A DNA stretch of 64,000 nucleotides. It comes from an uncultured Pseudomonadales bacterium (lineage in GTDB: Bacteria; Patescibacteriota; Microgenomatia; UBA1400; PJMF01). Positions 8,707 through 18,640 of this stretch are shown in pieces (position 1 is the stretch's first letter; each line of letters opens with the position of its first letter). The stretch spans positions 5,015 through 69,014 of the forward strand of contig CAYOQI010000001.1 of the NCBI GenBank assembly GCA_964406075.1, given 5' to 3'. Below the pieces are notes generated by a model. It was given only the letters and a program-made list of their open reading frames with translations, was not told the origin of the DNA and did not search any database. The translations under genes and the position numbers were made by a program.

Positions 8707-9949
8707 TTGAACTAGTCAAAGCTTTTTGAGCATAAAAAATAAAAATAGGAATGGTAATGATTCGAGAAAAAAGTACGCTCATTCCAGCACCTTTTAACCC
8801 ATAGGTAAGTATCAAAGGATAGAGTGTGAGACCTAGTGCAAGACAGCTTGAGGCGATCAAAGCAAAGTGATGTGTGTATGCTTGTCGAGCTGTCAGTAAA
8901 GTACTCCCGATTGCCACAACTCCCTGAACATATCCAGCAAGTGCTAAGAATGGTAAGACCGTACTGGCCAAAACCCATTGATCTCCGAGGACAACTGAAA
9001 TAACTTCATTTGGAAAAAAGACCATTAATAAGGTAGGAAATAAAAGTATCAGACTCGATCCTCCGACCACTTGGAAAAACGCTTTTTGCAATCGGGCAGG
9101 TTCATTTAGAAGTCTTTTGTAAACTGGGAAAGAAGAATAAATAACTGATGTTCCGAGCTCTGTCACACTGGCTTGGGGAAGGTTATATCCCAGGCGGTAA
9201 ATTCCCAGCGAAGAAGTTCCTAACATTCGTCCGACGGTCAAATCATCCAATGTTTTTCTCAAGTATTCCAAAATTGAAAGCCCATTTAACCACTTCATCC
9301 CAGCCATGATTTCTTGAAAAACATCGCGTTTAAATTTCCAAGTAGGTCGAGGTGAGAAAAAGAAAAATGAGAACATGACTTCGACAATTGCGGAGAGCAC
9401 CATGGGAAGTAGCAATGCTAATGGACCGGGAATAATAATCGCAAGCACAATTGTTGCCAACGTTTCGACCACGACTAAACTCAATCGAAACATCGTGTCA
9501 TGGTGGAACTTCAAATCTTTATATACAGAGACGATAGCAGGATTTATAAAGCCTCGAACAAGAGGAACAAGACAAGCAATAAATATGAGTGGAGGGAGAC
9601 TCGGTTCATGATAGAAACTGCTCAAAGGATACGCGAGAGCTAACATGAGCACACTGATGGCAATTCCGCGGAAAATAGAAATGATCCAAGCTGTATCAAC
9701 AAAATGAGCAAGTTTTTTTTCAGACTGGACAATAATGGTGTTGATCCCAGTTTCGGTGAAGACCTCAAACAGTGAAATCGCGATCAGTGCCAAAGCAAAA
9801 ACGCCAAAATCATTCGGGCTCAAAAGGCGTGAAATGACGGCTAGTTTTCCAACCGCGATGACTTTGGTGACGACCTTTAGACTGCCATTCCAACCAATCC
9901 CATGTAAAAATGTTGTCCGATATCCCATGCGATAAGTATCTTGTATCAA
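8699..9949 (-). CDS. polysaccharide flippase (Wzx/MOP superfamily)
   Basis: 416 aa, about 12 TM helices, with the N-terminal pattern typical of oligosaccharide flippases (VIAVGKLAVISRLLSPNDFGVFALA). Confidence 0.8.
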   Translation of the reverse strand: MIQDTYRMGYRTTFLHGIGWNGSLKVVTKVIAVGKLAVISRLLSPNDFGVFALALIAISLFEVFTETGINTIIVQSEKKLAHFVDTAWIISIFRGIAISVLMLALAYPLSSFYHEPSLPPLIFIACLVPLVRGFINPAIVSVYKDLKFHHDTMFRLSLVVVETLATIVLAIIIPGPLALLLPMVLSAIVEVMFSFFFFSPRPTWKFKRDVFQEIMAGMKWLNGLSILEYLRKTLDDLTVGRMLGTSSLGIYRLGYNLPQASVTELGTSVIYSSFPVYKRLLNEPARLQKAFFQVVGGSSLILLFPTLLMVFFPNEVISVVLGDQWVLASTVLPFLALAGYVQGVVAIGSTLLTARQAYTHHFALIASSCLALGLTLYPLILTYGLKGAGMSVLFSRIITIPIFIFYAQKALTSSNE

Positions 9950-10099
9950 GTAGGAAGTATCAAGTATGAAGAGTGCTCACAATTTATCTATATTTATTTA
10001 AATGAATCAGCCATTTGTTAATGCCAGTAGCCTTTAGGACAATAAAAAAATCTTTCTCACTACTTGTTCATCTGCAAAATCCAAGCGATAATGATCCAC

Positions 10100-10684
10100 A
10101 TGGATATTCTTCGTTCGCTCGGGTCATTTTTCCTCGACATCATCGAAACAGTCGTAATAGCACTTTCAATTTTTCTGGTGATGTACCTATTTCTGGTGCA
10201 ACCACATGAGGTCAACGGACAATCAATGGTGCCAAATTTTCAAAGTGGTGAATACCTTTTAACAGATAAAGTGAGTTATAAAATGGGTGAGCCGCAACGA
10301 GGAGATGTTGTCGTATTCCATGCTCCTGAAAAAGCTCAATGTGCGGAAGGTACTGGTTGCGATTTCATTAAACGAATTTTAGGTTTGCCAGGAGAAGCGG
10401 TAGAAGTACGAGATAATGCGGTGTGGATTAATGGAGTGAAGTTGGATGAGCCGTATATTCCAGCTGATTTTCAAATACTGCCTGGGAATGCTACCAAAGA
10501 TAAAACTGTGCAATTAGGTCCCAACGAATATTTTGTATCGGGAGACAATCGTCCGTATTCCAGTGATTCTCGAGCTTGGGGTGCAATTACAATTGATGAG
10601 ATTGTTGGGAGAGCCTTTTTCCGCTACTGGCCACCACAGGCTATGGGTAAATTACCTTCGGTCACCTATTCAATAGATCAATAG
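10100..10684 (+). CDS. lepB: signal peptidase I
   Basis: S26 motifs are present: GQSMVPNF (catalytic Ser), GDVVVFH, FIKRILGLPGE (catalytic Lys), GDNRPYSSDSRAWG. I prefer the start at M13 of the track ORF. Confidence 0.9.
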   Translation: MDILRSLGSFFLDIIETVVIALSIFLVMYLFLVQPHEVNGQSMVPNFQSGEYLLTDKVSYKMGEPQRGDVVVFHAPEKAQCAEGTGCDFIKRILGLPGEAVEVRDNAVWINGVKLDEPYIPADFQILPGNATKDKTVQLGPNEYFVSGDNRPYSSDSRAWGAITIDEIVGRAFFRYWPPQAMGKLPSVTYSIDQ

Positions 10685-10692
10685 TTGAATTT

Positions 10693-10740
10693 CTCCCCTC
10701 ACTGCCTGGATTACCAGGCTTCTCTCCCGAAGGAGAGAAG
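10693..10740. repeat. double-hairpin repeat, copy 1
   Basis: ctcccctcactgCCTGGattaCCAGGCTTCTCTCCcgaaGGAGAGAAG, nearly identical to 36848-36894. It lies between the convergent lepB and parB genes. Confidence 0.7.
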
Positions 10741-10749
10741 TAAATTTTT

Positions 10750-11574
10750 TTAACTTCCTGCCAATTTCAAAATCTTCTCCAGAGTTTGTTGGGTTCGGTA
10801 TGGATCACCTTTGAGTGTGATATAGATCTTCGTTTGTCGTACTGAACGAGATAATTTGACTGAAGCATTTCGTCCCAAGGCTTTTTCCAATCGATCTCTC
10901 CAAGCATTTAACTCTTTCTCAAGTGTGGGTTTGATCTTAATATCGCCAGCTTTTAAGGTCGGTAATTGTTTTTCTTTATATAAACGAGCCAATTGCTCTG
11001 CTCTTCGAACTGATCCATTTTCTTTTAAAATGATCTTGTAGGCATCCACCATTTGTCGAACGTTCTCAATAGCAGCTAAAGCTCTTGCGTGTCCTTCAGT
11101 GATCAAACCACCTAACAAGCCATCTTTGATGGCATCTGGGAGGGTTAAAAGTCGAACGGTATTGCTGACGAATGGACCGGATTTTCCAATTCTTTTGGCA
11201 ATTTCAGTATTGGTTAAACGAAATTCGGTAATCAGTCTTTGAAAAGCTTTCGCCCGTTCAAGTGCGGTGAGATCTGTTCTTTGGACGTTTTCAATTAAGG
11301 CCATTTCCAACATTCCACGAGGCGTGGTTTTTCGTATGACTACGGGAACTTCAGTTAAACCTGCAAGCTTGGCAGCGCGCCATCGACGTTCACCCGCAAT
11401 GATCTGAAAGCCAGCCGGAGTCTGAGCAATAACCAAAGGCTCGATGATGCCGTGTTCAAGAATTGAGAGTTTTAACTCCTCTAAGCTATCTTTTGAAAAG
11501 TCAGAACGAGGTTGAAGTGGATTGGGCTGAATCTGGTTAATCGGTAAATGTTGTTGAGGTTGGAGTTGTGTCAT
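10750..11574 (-). CDS. parB: ParB/Spo0J chromosome partitioning protein
   Basis: ParB box motifs are present: IEPLVI, IIAGERRWRAAKLAGLTEVPVVIRK, and the HTH IAKRIGKSGPFVSNTVRLLTLP. Confidence 0.9.
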   Translation of the reverse strand: MTQLQPQQHLPINQIQPNPLQPRSDFSKDSLEELKLSILEHGIIEPLVIAQTPAGFQIIAGERRWRAAKLAGLTEVPVVIRKTTPRGMLEMALIENVQRTDLTALERAKAFQRLITEFRLTNTEIAKRIGKSGPFVSNTVRLLTLPDAIKDGLLGGLITEGHARALAAIENVRQMVDAYKIILKENGSVRRAEQLARLYKEKQLPTLKAGDIKIKPTLEKELNAWRDRLEKALGRNASVKLSRSVRQTKIYITLKGDPYRTQQTLEKILKLAGS

Positions 11575-11627
11575 AATAGCCCCACTGTATCAGATTTTTT
11601 CACGCATGAAAAGAATACGTTAGTACA

Positions 11628-12521
11628 TTGTTTGTTAAACAAATGATTTACATTCCAAAAAAAATGAATCAATTATTCAAAAAAGTTTCAAAAAGACTTC
11701 GTCAATTTTCTCTCTTTGGTTATAGACCTTTGTTTGAGCTGTATGGTTTTATCCAAAGCTTGTTCAATCAACCCATTCCACTTCAGCCAGGATTCAAAAT
11801 GTACGTCAACCCAGCGGATACAGTTGTATCGCCATATATTAAAAAAAATAAAAAATGGAGTGAGTACGAAACAAATTTAATAAAAAAATACCTACAACCA
11901 GGGCAAACATTCCTTGATGTGGGTGCCAATATTGGATATTTCTCATTGCTTGCGAGTCGAATCGTGGGAGAAAAAGGAAAAGTTTTTTCGTTTGAACCTG
12001 AGCCGAGAAATGTGCATTTTTTAACCAAAAATATAGAGTTAAATAATTTCACTCAAACGGTAATAATTCCTCAAGCAGTCGGAGAAAAACCAGGTCAATT
12101 AACGTTCTATTTAGAAGAGGAAAATAAAGGCGATCATCGGAGTTTTGATTCTGGAGATGGCAGACGCACAATTCAAGTTCCAATGACTTCAATCGACTCT
12201 TTCTTCAGGAAAAACACTTCTCCACTTCACTTTATGAAAGTAGATGTACAAGGCTTTGAGATACAAGTTATAAAAGGAATGAAAGAAACAATGAAAAAAA
12301 ATCCAGAATGTTTACTCATGTTTGAGTATTGGCCGTATGGATTAGAAAAAGCTGGAGATAAACCAGAAGAATTGTTTGAACAATTACTCAAACAAGGGTA
12401 TGAATTATTTGAAGTTGCAGAAGAACTGTGTTTACTCACCAAAACAGAGCTATACAAATTTTGTACAGATACTTCTTTTGAAAACGATATGAATGTGTTT
12501 GGGAAGAAAAAAATTACTTAA
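11628..12521 (+). CDS. FkbM family methyltransferase
   Basis: SAM-binding motif [22 protein letters not shown] and MKVDVQGFE, as in FkbM-type methyltransferases. Confidence 0.8.
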   Translation: MFVKQMIYIPKKMNQLFKKVSKRLRQFSLFGYRPLFELYGFIQSLFNQPIPLQPGFKMYVNPADTVVSPYIKKNKKWSEYETNLIKKYLQPGQTFLDVGANIGYFSLLASRIVGEKGKVFSFEPEPRNVHFLTKNIELNNFTQTVIIPQAVGEKPGQLTFYLEEENKGDHRSFDSGDGRRTIQVPMTSIDSFFRKNTSPLHFMKVDVQGFEIQVIKGMKETMKKNPECLLMFEYWPYGLEKAGDKPEELFEQLLKQGYELFEVAEELCLLTKTELYKFCTDTSFENDMNVFGKKKIT

Positions 12522-12759
12522 CGTGAACGAGTGTACGACCGAGTCGTTTTGAAAATTCCACTACACCATTTGTCAACGCAAAGAGTGTGAAATCTCGACC
12601 AAGTCCAACATTTTTACCAGGATGATATTTTGTTCCAACCTGACGAATGATAATTTGGCCTGTAGTGATTGTTTCACCACCAAATTTTTTGACTCCGCGT
12701 CTTTTTCCTGCTCGTTGTTTGTGTTGGCGGACACTTCCACCTGATTTAACGTGTGACAT
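12514..12759 (-). CDS. rpmA: 50S ribosomal protein L27
   Basis: [29 protein letters not shown]...[20 protein letters not shown]. There is no N-terminal propeptide. Confidence 0.95.
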   Translation of the reverse strand: MSHVKSGGSVRQHKQRAGKRRGVKKFGGETITTGQIIIRQVGTKYHPGKNVGLGRDFTLFALTNGVVEFSKRLGRTLVHVK

Positions 12760-12763
12760 AGGC

Positions 12764-13888
12764 TTAGTTTTTCGTTTGAAGTTTCAGTTTATATATTGCT
12801 CGCTGAACAATCGTCTGTTCTCTTCGATAGACCATCGGTCCAGATACAAGATTGTAGCCGAGTGATGGAAGATTGTCAATAAAACGAGCCAGTGAAAATG
12901 TCTTTTGTGGGGTCTCAACTAACGGTGTGACTAAGATGACTTCTCCACCGTCTTTCAAAATCTGTTTCCATTGTTTGAATGAACCAAGATATAACTTTTC
13001 CAATCCTTTAAAGATATTCGGAAGATCGTGAGTTTTTGGTTGAGGCTTTCCTAAAAAAGGTTCAGTCACAATTGCATCAATTTTCCCTGGAAGTTGTTTC
13101 AGATCAAGATGGGTAGCATCTGCAATAAAAAGTGCCTTTGGCTCTGGTTTTCCATATAATTGAGAGAACCAGTGCATATTCGTAGCTGTTCCGTGAACTG
13201 CATCGCCAGCCAAATCAGAACCACCAATATCCCAACCCAGCATGCTCGCTTCCATCAAGACTGTGCCAGTCCCACAAAATGGATCATAAAGCAGTTTATC
13301 TGTTCGTTTTTGAATATCAGGTGAGACGAAATTGACCATCATTCGAGCAAGTTTAGGTGGCAACATGCCTTTTTTTCGATCGCGATAGGGTTTACTTCGA
13401 TCGCGAACTGTCCATTCATCAATGTTTTGCACCCAAATGGTTTGAGCAAGAAGAACATTTTCACCATCGACCACAGCATGTAAATCAATAGTGTTTTGGT
13501 GATGAAGGAAAAAAGCGGTTGAGGATTTTTCAATAAATCGAGAAGAAACGTTGAGTTTTTTCAACTCATTCTTAATTTCCTGAGGAGAAAGCTGAACCGA
13601 GTTGCCTTCCGTATTATGTGAGGTGAATGAAAAAGTAGGCTTTGGAAGATCTTTTAGGTATTCGACAATAAAAGGTAATAACTCATCTTTTTGAACAGTT
13701 TTAATCGCTTTAAATGCTCGAGAAATACCCCCAGAACGTTCTACTATTTCCAAAACTTTACTTTCGTCATCCACTTCGACAGCAAGAAATTTCTCGGCTA
13801 GAGGTTCCTGTGGATAGCCATCAAAAATCTGAGCTGCTTCATATACAGACAGTTCTTGTAGGCGACCAAGTTCAAGAAGATATTTCAT
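12764..13888 (-). CDS. THUMP/UPF0020-like RNA methyltransferase (Trm11/RlmL-like)
   Basis: SAM motif [13 protein letters not shown] and a DPPY-like motif TEPFLGKP, with an N-terminal RNA-binding-like domain. It sits between rplU and rpmA. Confidence 0.65.
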   Translation of the reverse strand: MKYLLELGRLQELSVYEAAQIFDGYPQEPLAEKFLAVEVDDESKVLEIVERSGGISRAFKAIKTVQKDELLPFIVEYLKDLPKPTFSFTSHNTEGNSVQLSPQEIKNELKKLNVSSRFIEKSSTAFFLHHQNTIDLHAVVDGENVLLAQTIWVQNIDEWTVRDRSKPYRDRKKGMLPPKLARMMVNFVSPDIQKRTDKLLYDPFCGTGTVLMEASMLGWDIGGSDLAGDAVHGTATNMHWFSQLYGKPEPKALFIADATHLDLKQLPGKIDAIVTEPFLGKPQPKTHDLPNIFKGLEKLYLGSFKQWKQILKDGGEVILVTPLVETPQKTFSLARFIDNLPSLGYNLVSGPMVYRREQTIVQRAIYKLKLQTKN

Positions 13889-13950
13889 ACTAGTATCTTA
13901 ACGATTTTCTCAAAAGAAATGAATTCCAGGAAAGAAGAAAAGATCCCTGT

Positions 13951-14265
13951 TTATGCAGAAATGGATTCGACTTTGATTGTCGTAAGTAGTTGCTTGTGGC
14001 CTTTCACTTTGCGTTGTCGAGCTTTAGCCTTATATGTAGCAACTCGAATTTTTGGAGCATGACCTTGTTTAATAACTTTGAGAGTGACTTTTGCTTTTTC
14101 AACTAATGGAGTTCCAATAGTCTTGGTATCACCATTTCCGACCATAAGGACGTCAGTTACCTCAAAAGTCTTGCCTTCTTCTTGAGAAACGACTTCCGCA
14201 GTGAACTCTCCGTTTTCTTCGACGAAGTACTGATGACCAGATAATTGAATGATTGCGTATTTCAT
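13951..14265 (-). CDS. rplU: 50S ribosomal protein L21
   Basis: MKYAIIQLSGHQYFVEE...KVKGHKQ is a typical L21 sequence. Confidence 0.95.
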   Translation of the reverse strand: MKYAIIQLSGHQYFVEENGEFTAEVVSQEEGKTFEVTDVLMVGNGDTKTIGTPLVEKAKVTLKVIKQGHAPKIRVATYKAKARQRKVKGHKQLLTTIKVESISA

Positions 14266-14346
14266 AAAAAACTCCTGAAAGACTTGAGGTTGTATCTTAT
14301 CATACTTTTTTAAATTGAGGAGTGAGAACTTGATAATTTATTAAAC

Positions 14347-15417
14347 TCACCGGATTTGTCGAAAATGTTTGGCGTGTTGATTGATGACAATGTGCTGAAT
14401 CAGGCCAAATAAGAAGGCAAAGCTCAAGAGTGAGCTTCCTCCGTAGGAGATAAAAGGCAAAGTAATTCCAGTAATCGGCATGATTCCACTGTTCATTCCA
14501 ACATTAATAAAAATTTGAATAAAAAGTAACGAAGCTGCCCCTAGTAAAAAAAGTTGTTGAGGAGAACGGTATTTGTGTCGTTGGGCAACGAGAAAAATAT
14601 AGATTAACAGGATGAAGTATAAACTTAACAACAAGCTGACACCGATAAAGCCAGTTTCCTCTGCTAATGATGCAAAAATAAAGTCCGTTTGTCTTTCGGG
14701 AAGAAATCGAAGCTGAGACTGCACACCGTGTCCAAGTCCTCTCCCCCAGACCTGACCAGAACCGACTGCAATTAAAGATTGGACGGCATTATAGTTATCC
14801 ACTTGAGTTTCCTCGCTCGAAAAAAAGGTGGTAATACGTTGTTTCTGATACGGTTGCAATAATAATGTCCAGACAAGTCCACTTAAAACAATCATGATCC
14901 CGGAAAGAAATAAAATTCGAGAAAAAGGAATATCACTAAAAAAAATAATTGATGAAAGTGCGACGGAAAGCACAGCAAATGTTCCGAAGTCAGGCTCAAT
15001 AAAAATAAGCAGTAAAGGAAGTCCAATCATAACGCTCGCAAGTACAAGGTTTTTCCATTCTTTCATGCTATGTTTGGTCAGAAAAAAACTCAGCAATAAC
15101 AACGCAATGGGCTGAGAGAACTGAGATGGTTGAAGATTAAACGGACCAATCGGGATCCATCCCCTAGATCCTCGAGTGACGATCCCAAATGCAAGCGGAA
15201 TGATCAAGAAAATAATCATCCCAACATATAATAATGGTGATAATCTTTTCCAAGTATTTAAAGGAATTGTGCTAGTGATCGTGAAGATTAATGCTCCAAT
15301 AACAAAAAAAAGTGCTTGGTATTGAACTAGCACAGGTGCGATGCTTTGGATGATCGTCAGACTGATTGCCGCAAAGAAAAGATAGATCAATGGGAGAATA
15401 AGAAATCGCTTTTGCAC
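14347..15417 (-). CDS. rodA: SEDS family peptidoglycan polymerase (RodA-like)
   Basis: FtsW/RodA/SpoVE motifs are present: QPSQFSQP, PERQTDFIFASLAEETGFIG, PITGITLPFISYGGSS. Confidence 0.85.
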   Translation of the reverse strand: MQKRFLILPLIYLFFAAISLTIIQSIAPVLVQYQALFFVIGALIFTITSTIPLNTWKRLSPLLYVGMIIFLIIPLAFGIVTRGSRGWIPIGPFNLQPSQFSQPIALLLLSFFLTKHSMKEWKNLVLASVMIGLPLLLIFIEPDFGTFAVLSVALSSIIFFSDIPFSRILFLSGIMIVLSGLVWTLLLQPYQKQRITTFFSSEETQVDNYNAVQSLIAVGSGQVWGRGLGHGVQSQLRFLPERQTDFIFASLAEETGFIGVSLLLSLYFILLIYIFLVAQRHKYRSPQQLFLLGAASLLFIQIFINVGMNSGIMPITGITLPFISYGGSSLLSFAFLFGLIQHIVINQHAKHFRQIR

Positions 15418-15460
15418 GAACTCAGTGTATAGCTCAAAACTTAAATTTCAAAGTTCAAAA

Positions 15461-18259
15461 CTAAACAATTTTATTTTCGCTGCCTTTTACTAATTTTTCC
15501 ACTTTCGTTTTTTTCTTGATCTCTTCTTCCCAACTCTCAGGCCAATCTGTTAACTCTACGGATACAACGTCATTTTGTTGTTTGCCAGCTTTTTTTCTCA
15601 AGTTTTGAATCAAACGAATAACTTCTCTGGCTTGACCTTCAGCTTCGAGCTCAGGAGTTAGTTTGGTATCCAATGTCACTTCTAGCTCTGTCCCTTGTGT
15701 CCACACTACATTTTTGACATTTACTTCCTCTTTCAAAACTTCGATCAATTCCTGCATGGGTTCGGATTCTGATGAAATGACAGCAACCTGAGATAAAGGT
15801 TGTCTTACTTTTACTTTTGCTTCGAGTCGAGCTGAAAGAGTTTTTTCGACCACTTCTCTGAGTGCTTCCATGCTTTTTTCTAATTGCGTATCTTGAAGCT
15901 CTTTTTGGAAAACTGGCCAATCACTGTGATGAATACTTGATTTCTCATCGACCAGATTGTGATACATCAACTCAGAAAAGAATGGTGTAAATGGTGCAAA
16001 CAGTTGAGAAACAGTTACCAATGCATAACCAAAAATATCGAGAGAATTATCTTGTTGGCCTTTGATTCGTTCTCGGCTTCTTCTCAAATACCAAGTCGAG
16101 AGTTCAGTGATGAACGTCATGAGTTCTCGAGTTGCTTTAACAACATTATATTCATCCATGTATTTACTGACAGTTTTTATTAAGGTCTGAAGCTTGCTCA
16201 TCATCCAGCGATCCATAACATCTTTGGGCTGAGGTACTTTTGTCATGTCCACCATGCGATCACCGGCATACATACGGTAGAACGTGTAGGTATTCCACCA
16301 GATGACAAACACTTTTTTACGGATATCAGACACCTCTTGTTCACTAAAGTTCAGGTTCTCACCCTTCATAACTGTTGAACTCATTAAATACAGTCGTAAT
16401 GCGTCGGCACCATATTTATCAATAACAATCAGTGGATCAGGATAGTTCTTTTTGGATTTGCTCATTTTAGAACCATCTTCAGCCAAAATTGTTCCGGTTG
16501 TTAAGACATTTTCAAATGAAGGTTTGCCAAAAATTCCCACAGACATGACATGCATGGTGTAAAACCAAGCTCGGGTTTGGGCGATATATTCACTGACAAA
16601 TTGAGCAGGATAGTTGTGTTCAAATTGGTCTTTGTTTTCAAATGGATAATGAATCGCTGCAAATGGCATTGACCCAGATTCAATCCAACAATCAAAAACC
16701 TCAGGCATACGTCGACCTTTGACAGTTTTCGCATCATCAACCCAAACTTCGACATCATCTAAAAATTCACGATGAATGTCGGTTAATTTTTCAACAATTT
16801 CAGGTTTAACGGCCCATTGTTTCAATTCTTCAAGTGAACCTATGACTCTGAGTTTTTTACCATTTACCCAAATTGGCATAGGCGTTCCCCAATATCGGGA
16901 TCGAGAAATATTCCAGTCAGGAGCATTTTCCAAACCTTTCATGAAACGTCCATGCTTGAGATGATCTGGAAACCAATTCACTTTTTCGTTTTCATCGATC
17001 AGTTGTTGGCGGAGTTGTTTGACATCAATAAACCAAGCAGGAACCGGCGCGTTATATAAACGGGTGCCACATCGATAACAGGTGGGCACACTGTGTTTGT
17101 ATAACTCATCTTTGTAAATTAATCCGCGTGTATTGAGGTCTTCATTGACCAGTGGATTCACTTTATTGATATTCAAGCCAGCCCAAGGTGTTATTTCTGG
17201 TTTTAAGCGACCTTCCTCATTTACATGCTCAGCCAACTGTATGCCATATTCTTTCATGACTCGATAGTCGTCTTCCCCATACACAGCTAAAGTCACGATT
17301 CCAGTTCCTTCGTCAGCTGTCACAAATTCGTCAGCAATGACAACGCCGATTTTTTCATTTGGTTTTGGTTTGAAAAAAGAAAAATGAGGTTCAAAAGTAA
17401 CTTCTTCTAAGTCCTTGCCAGTAAAACGTTCAACAACGTTATGTGTTTTCTCTTTGAGAGTTGTTAAAGTAGTTTCCGCAAGAATGAAATACTCTTCACC
17501 TTCCTTCACTTTCACATATGAAAGTTTGGGATTAACAGCAAGAGCTGGAGTGACTATTTTATTCCAAGGGGTGGTGGACCAGGCAAGAAGGTATGTATTG
17601 TCTTGGCCGACGACTTTGTACTTATATGTCGTGCCAAAGTCTTCGACTTCTTTATAACTATTATCCATGGCGATCTCAAAATTAGATAAGGGTGTGGCAC
17701 AGCGAGGACAATAGAGAATGACTTTTTTCCCTTCATACACTAATCCTTTGTCATACATCTGCTTAAATCCCCACCAAACTGACTCCATGAAAGTCATATC
17801 CATGGTTTTATAATTGTTCTCAAAATCAACCCATCGGCCCAAACGTGCAATGATTTTCTCCCAATCTTTATCAAGCTGAAGTACTTCGCTTCGACATGCA
17901 TCATTAAATTTATCAATTCCCATTGCTTCGATTCCTTTTTTTCCACCTTTGATTTCAAGTTTTTTCTCAATCATGTTTTCGATTGGTAATCCATGACAAT
18001 CCCACCCCCAAACGCGTTCGACACGGTAACCTTTCATAGTCCAGTAGCGAGGAATCACATCTTTAGTGGTTGATGCGAGCAAGTGTCCATAGTGAGGTAA
18101 ACCAGTAGCAAATGGTGGTCCATCATAAAAAACGTATGACTTTTTAGGGTCACGTTTTTCGACAGATTGCTCAAATGCTTGAGTGTCTTGCCAAAACTTG
18201 AGCACGTCTTGCTCGAGCTCTGGGAAGTTTGGAAGTGTGGTATGTGGTACTTTTGGCAT
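15461..18259 (-). CDS. ileS: isoleucyl-tRNA synthetase (type 2 / eukaryote-like architecture)
   Basis: YVFYDGPPFATGLPHYGH (HIGH region), KMSKSKKN (KMSKS), 932 aa, with the CP1 editing domain present. Confidence 0.97.
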   Translation of the reverse strand: MPKVPHTTLPNFPELEQDVLKFWQDTQAFEQSVEKRDPKKSYVFYDGPPFATGLPHYGHLLASTTKDVIPRYWTMKGYRVERVWGWDCHGLPIENMIEKKLEIKGGKKGIEAMGIDKFNDACRSEVLQLDKDWEKIIARLGRWVDFENNYKTMDMTFMESVWWGFKQMYDKGLVYEGKKVILYCPRCATPLSNFEIAMDNSYKEVEDFGTTYKYKVVGQDNTYLLAWSTTPWNKIVTPALAVNPKLSYVKVKEGEEYFILAETTLTTLKEKTHNVVERFTGKDLEEVTFEPHFSFFKPKPNEKIGVVIADEFVTADEGTGIVTLAVYGEDDYRVMKEYGIQLAEHVNEEGRLKPEITPWAGLNINKVNPLVNEDLNTRGLIYKDELYKHSVPTCYRCGTRLYNAPVPAWFIDVKQLRQQLIDENEKVNWFPDHLKHGRFMKGLENAPDWNISRSRYWGTPMPIWVNGKKLRVIGSLEELKQWAVKPEIVEKLTDIHREFLDDVEVWVDDAKTVKGRRMPEVFDCWIESGSMPFAAIHYPFENKDQFEHNYPAQFVSEYIAQTRAWFYTMHVMSVGIFGKPSFENVLTTGTILAEDGSKMSKSKKNYPDPLIVIDKYGADALRLYLMSSTVMKGENLNFSEQEVSDIRKKVFVIWWNTYTFYRMYAGDRMVDMTKVPQPKDVMDRWMMSKLQTLIKTVSKYMDEYNVVKATRELMTFITELSTWYLRRSRERIKGQQDNSLDIFGYALVTVSQLFAPFTPFFSELMYHNLVDEKSSIHHSDWPVFQKELQDTQLEKSMEALREVVEKTLSARLEAKVKVRQPLSQVAVISSESEPMQELIEVLKEEVNVKNVVWTQGTELEVTLDTKLTPELEAEGQAREVIRLIQNLRKKAGKQQNDVVSVELTDWPESWEEEIKKKTKVEKLVKGSENKIV

Positions 18260-18424
18260 AAATAATGATTGTGTACCCTCCTTCGTTCCAGATTTAAAAT
18301 TTTCTGGGCTTATTCAGCCATATTTTAATCTGGCTACTTCGGCGGGTTGTTTGCGTTTAGCTTATTTAATAATTATTACAACTTTATATTATCCTGGGTT
18401 TTTTATATTGCTGACTTAGCAAAC

Positions 18425-18605
18425 AAAAAACCCTCTTCTATCCACCACATATGATGAATAAAAGAGGGTCTTCAGTAAAGAAGGCGGTACCACCTCTGTT
18501 TGGTCTTATTACAGCAATTACGGGCGTACCCGGAAGGTTCTAGATTCTTAACGAATTTCTTCCTTCACCTTGTCCCGTGATGGCAGGACTCAAATGGCTT
18601 TGTTA
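18425..18605 (-). promoter_or_regulatory. T-box leader (tRNA-sensing riboswitch) with an intrinsic terminator, upstream of ileS
   Basis: The minus strand carries AGAGGUGGUACCGCC (T-box consensus AGGGUGGNACCGCG) at 18481-18497. It is followed by the hairpin ACCCUCUUUUAU...AUAGAAGAGGGU and UUUUUU (18425-18468). An AUC triplet sits in the upstream stem-loop (gaAUCua). Confidence 0.75.
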
Positions 18606-18611
18606 AAAGTT

Positions 18612-18640
18612 ATTATATGCCAGGAAACTGTTTATGAGAA
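18612..18640 (-). promoter_or_regulatory. candidate sigma70-type promoter for the ileS T-box leader
   Basis: On the minus strand, TTCTCA (18640-18635), a 17-nt spacer, then TATAAT (18617-18612). It overlaps the 3' end of the upstream 174-aa ORF. Confidence 0.4.

Noticed and set aside
9950-10063. Imperfect direct repeat TACTTGATAC in the divergent flippase/lepB spacer
   Set aside because: Only two short, imperfect copies occur in an AT-rich promoter region, which is not distinguishable from chance by eye.
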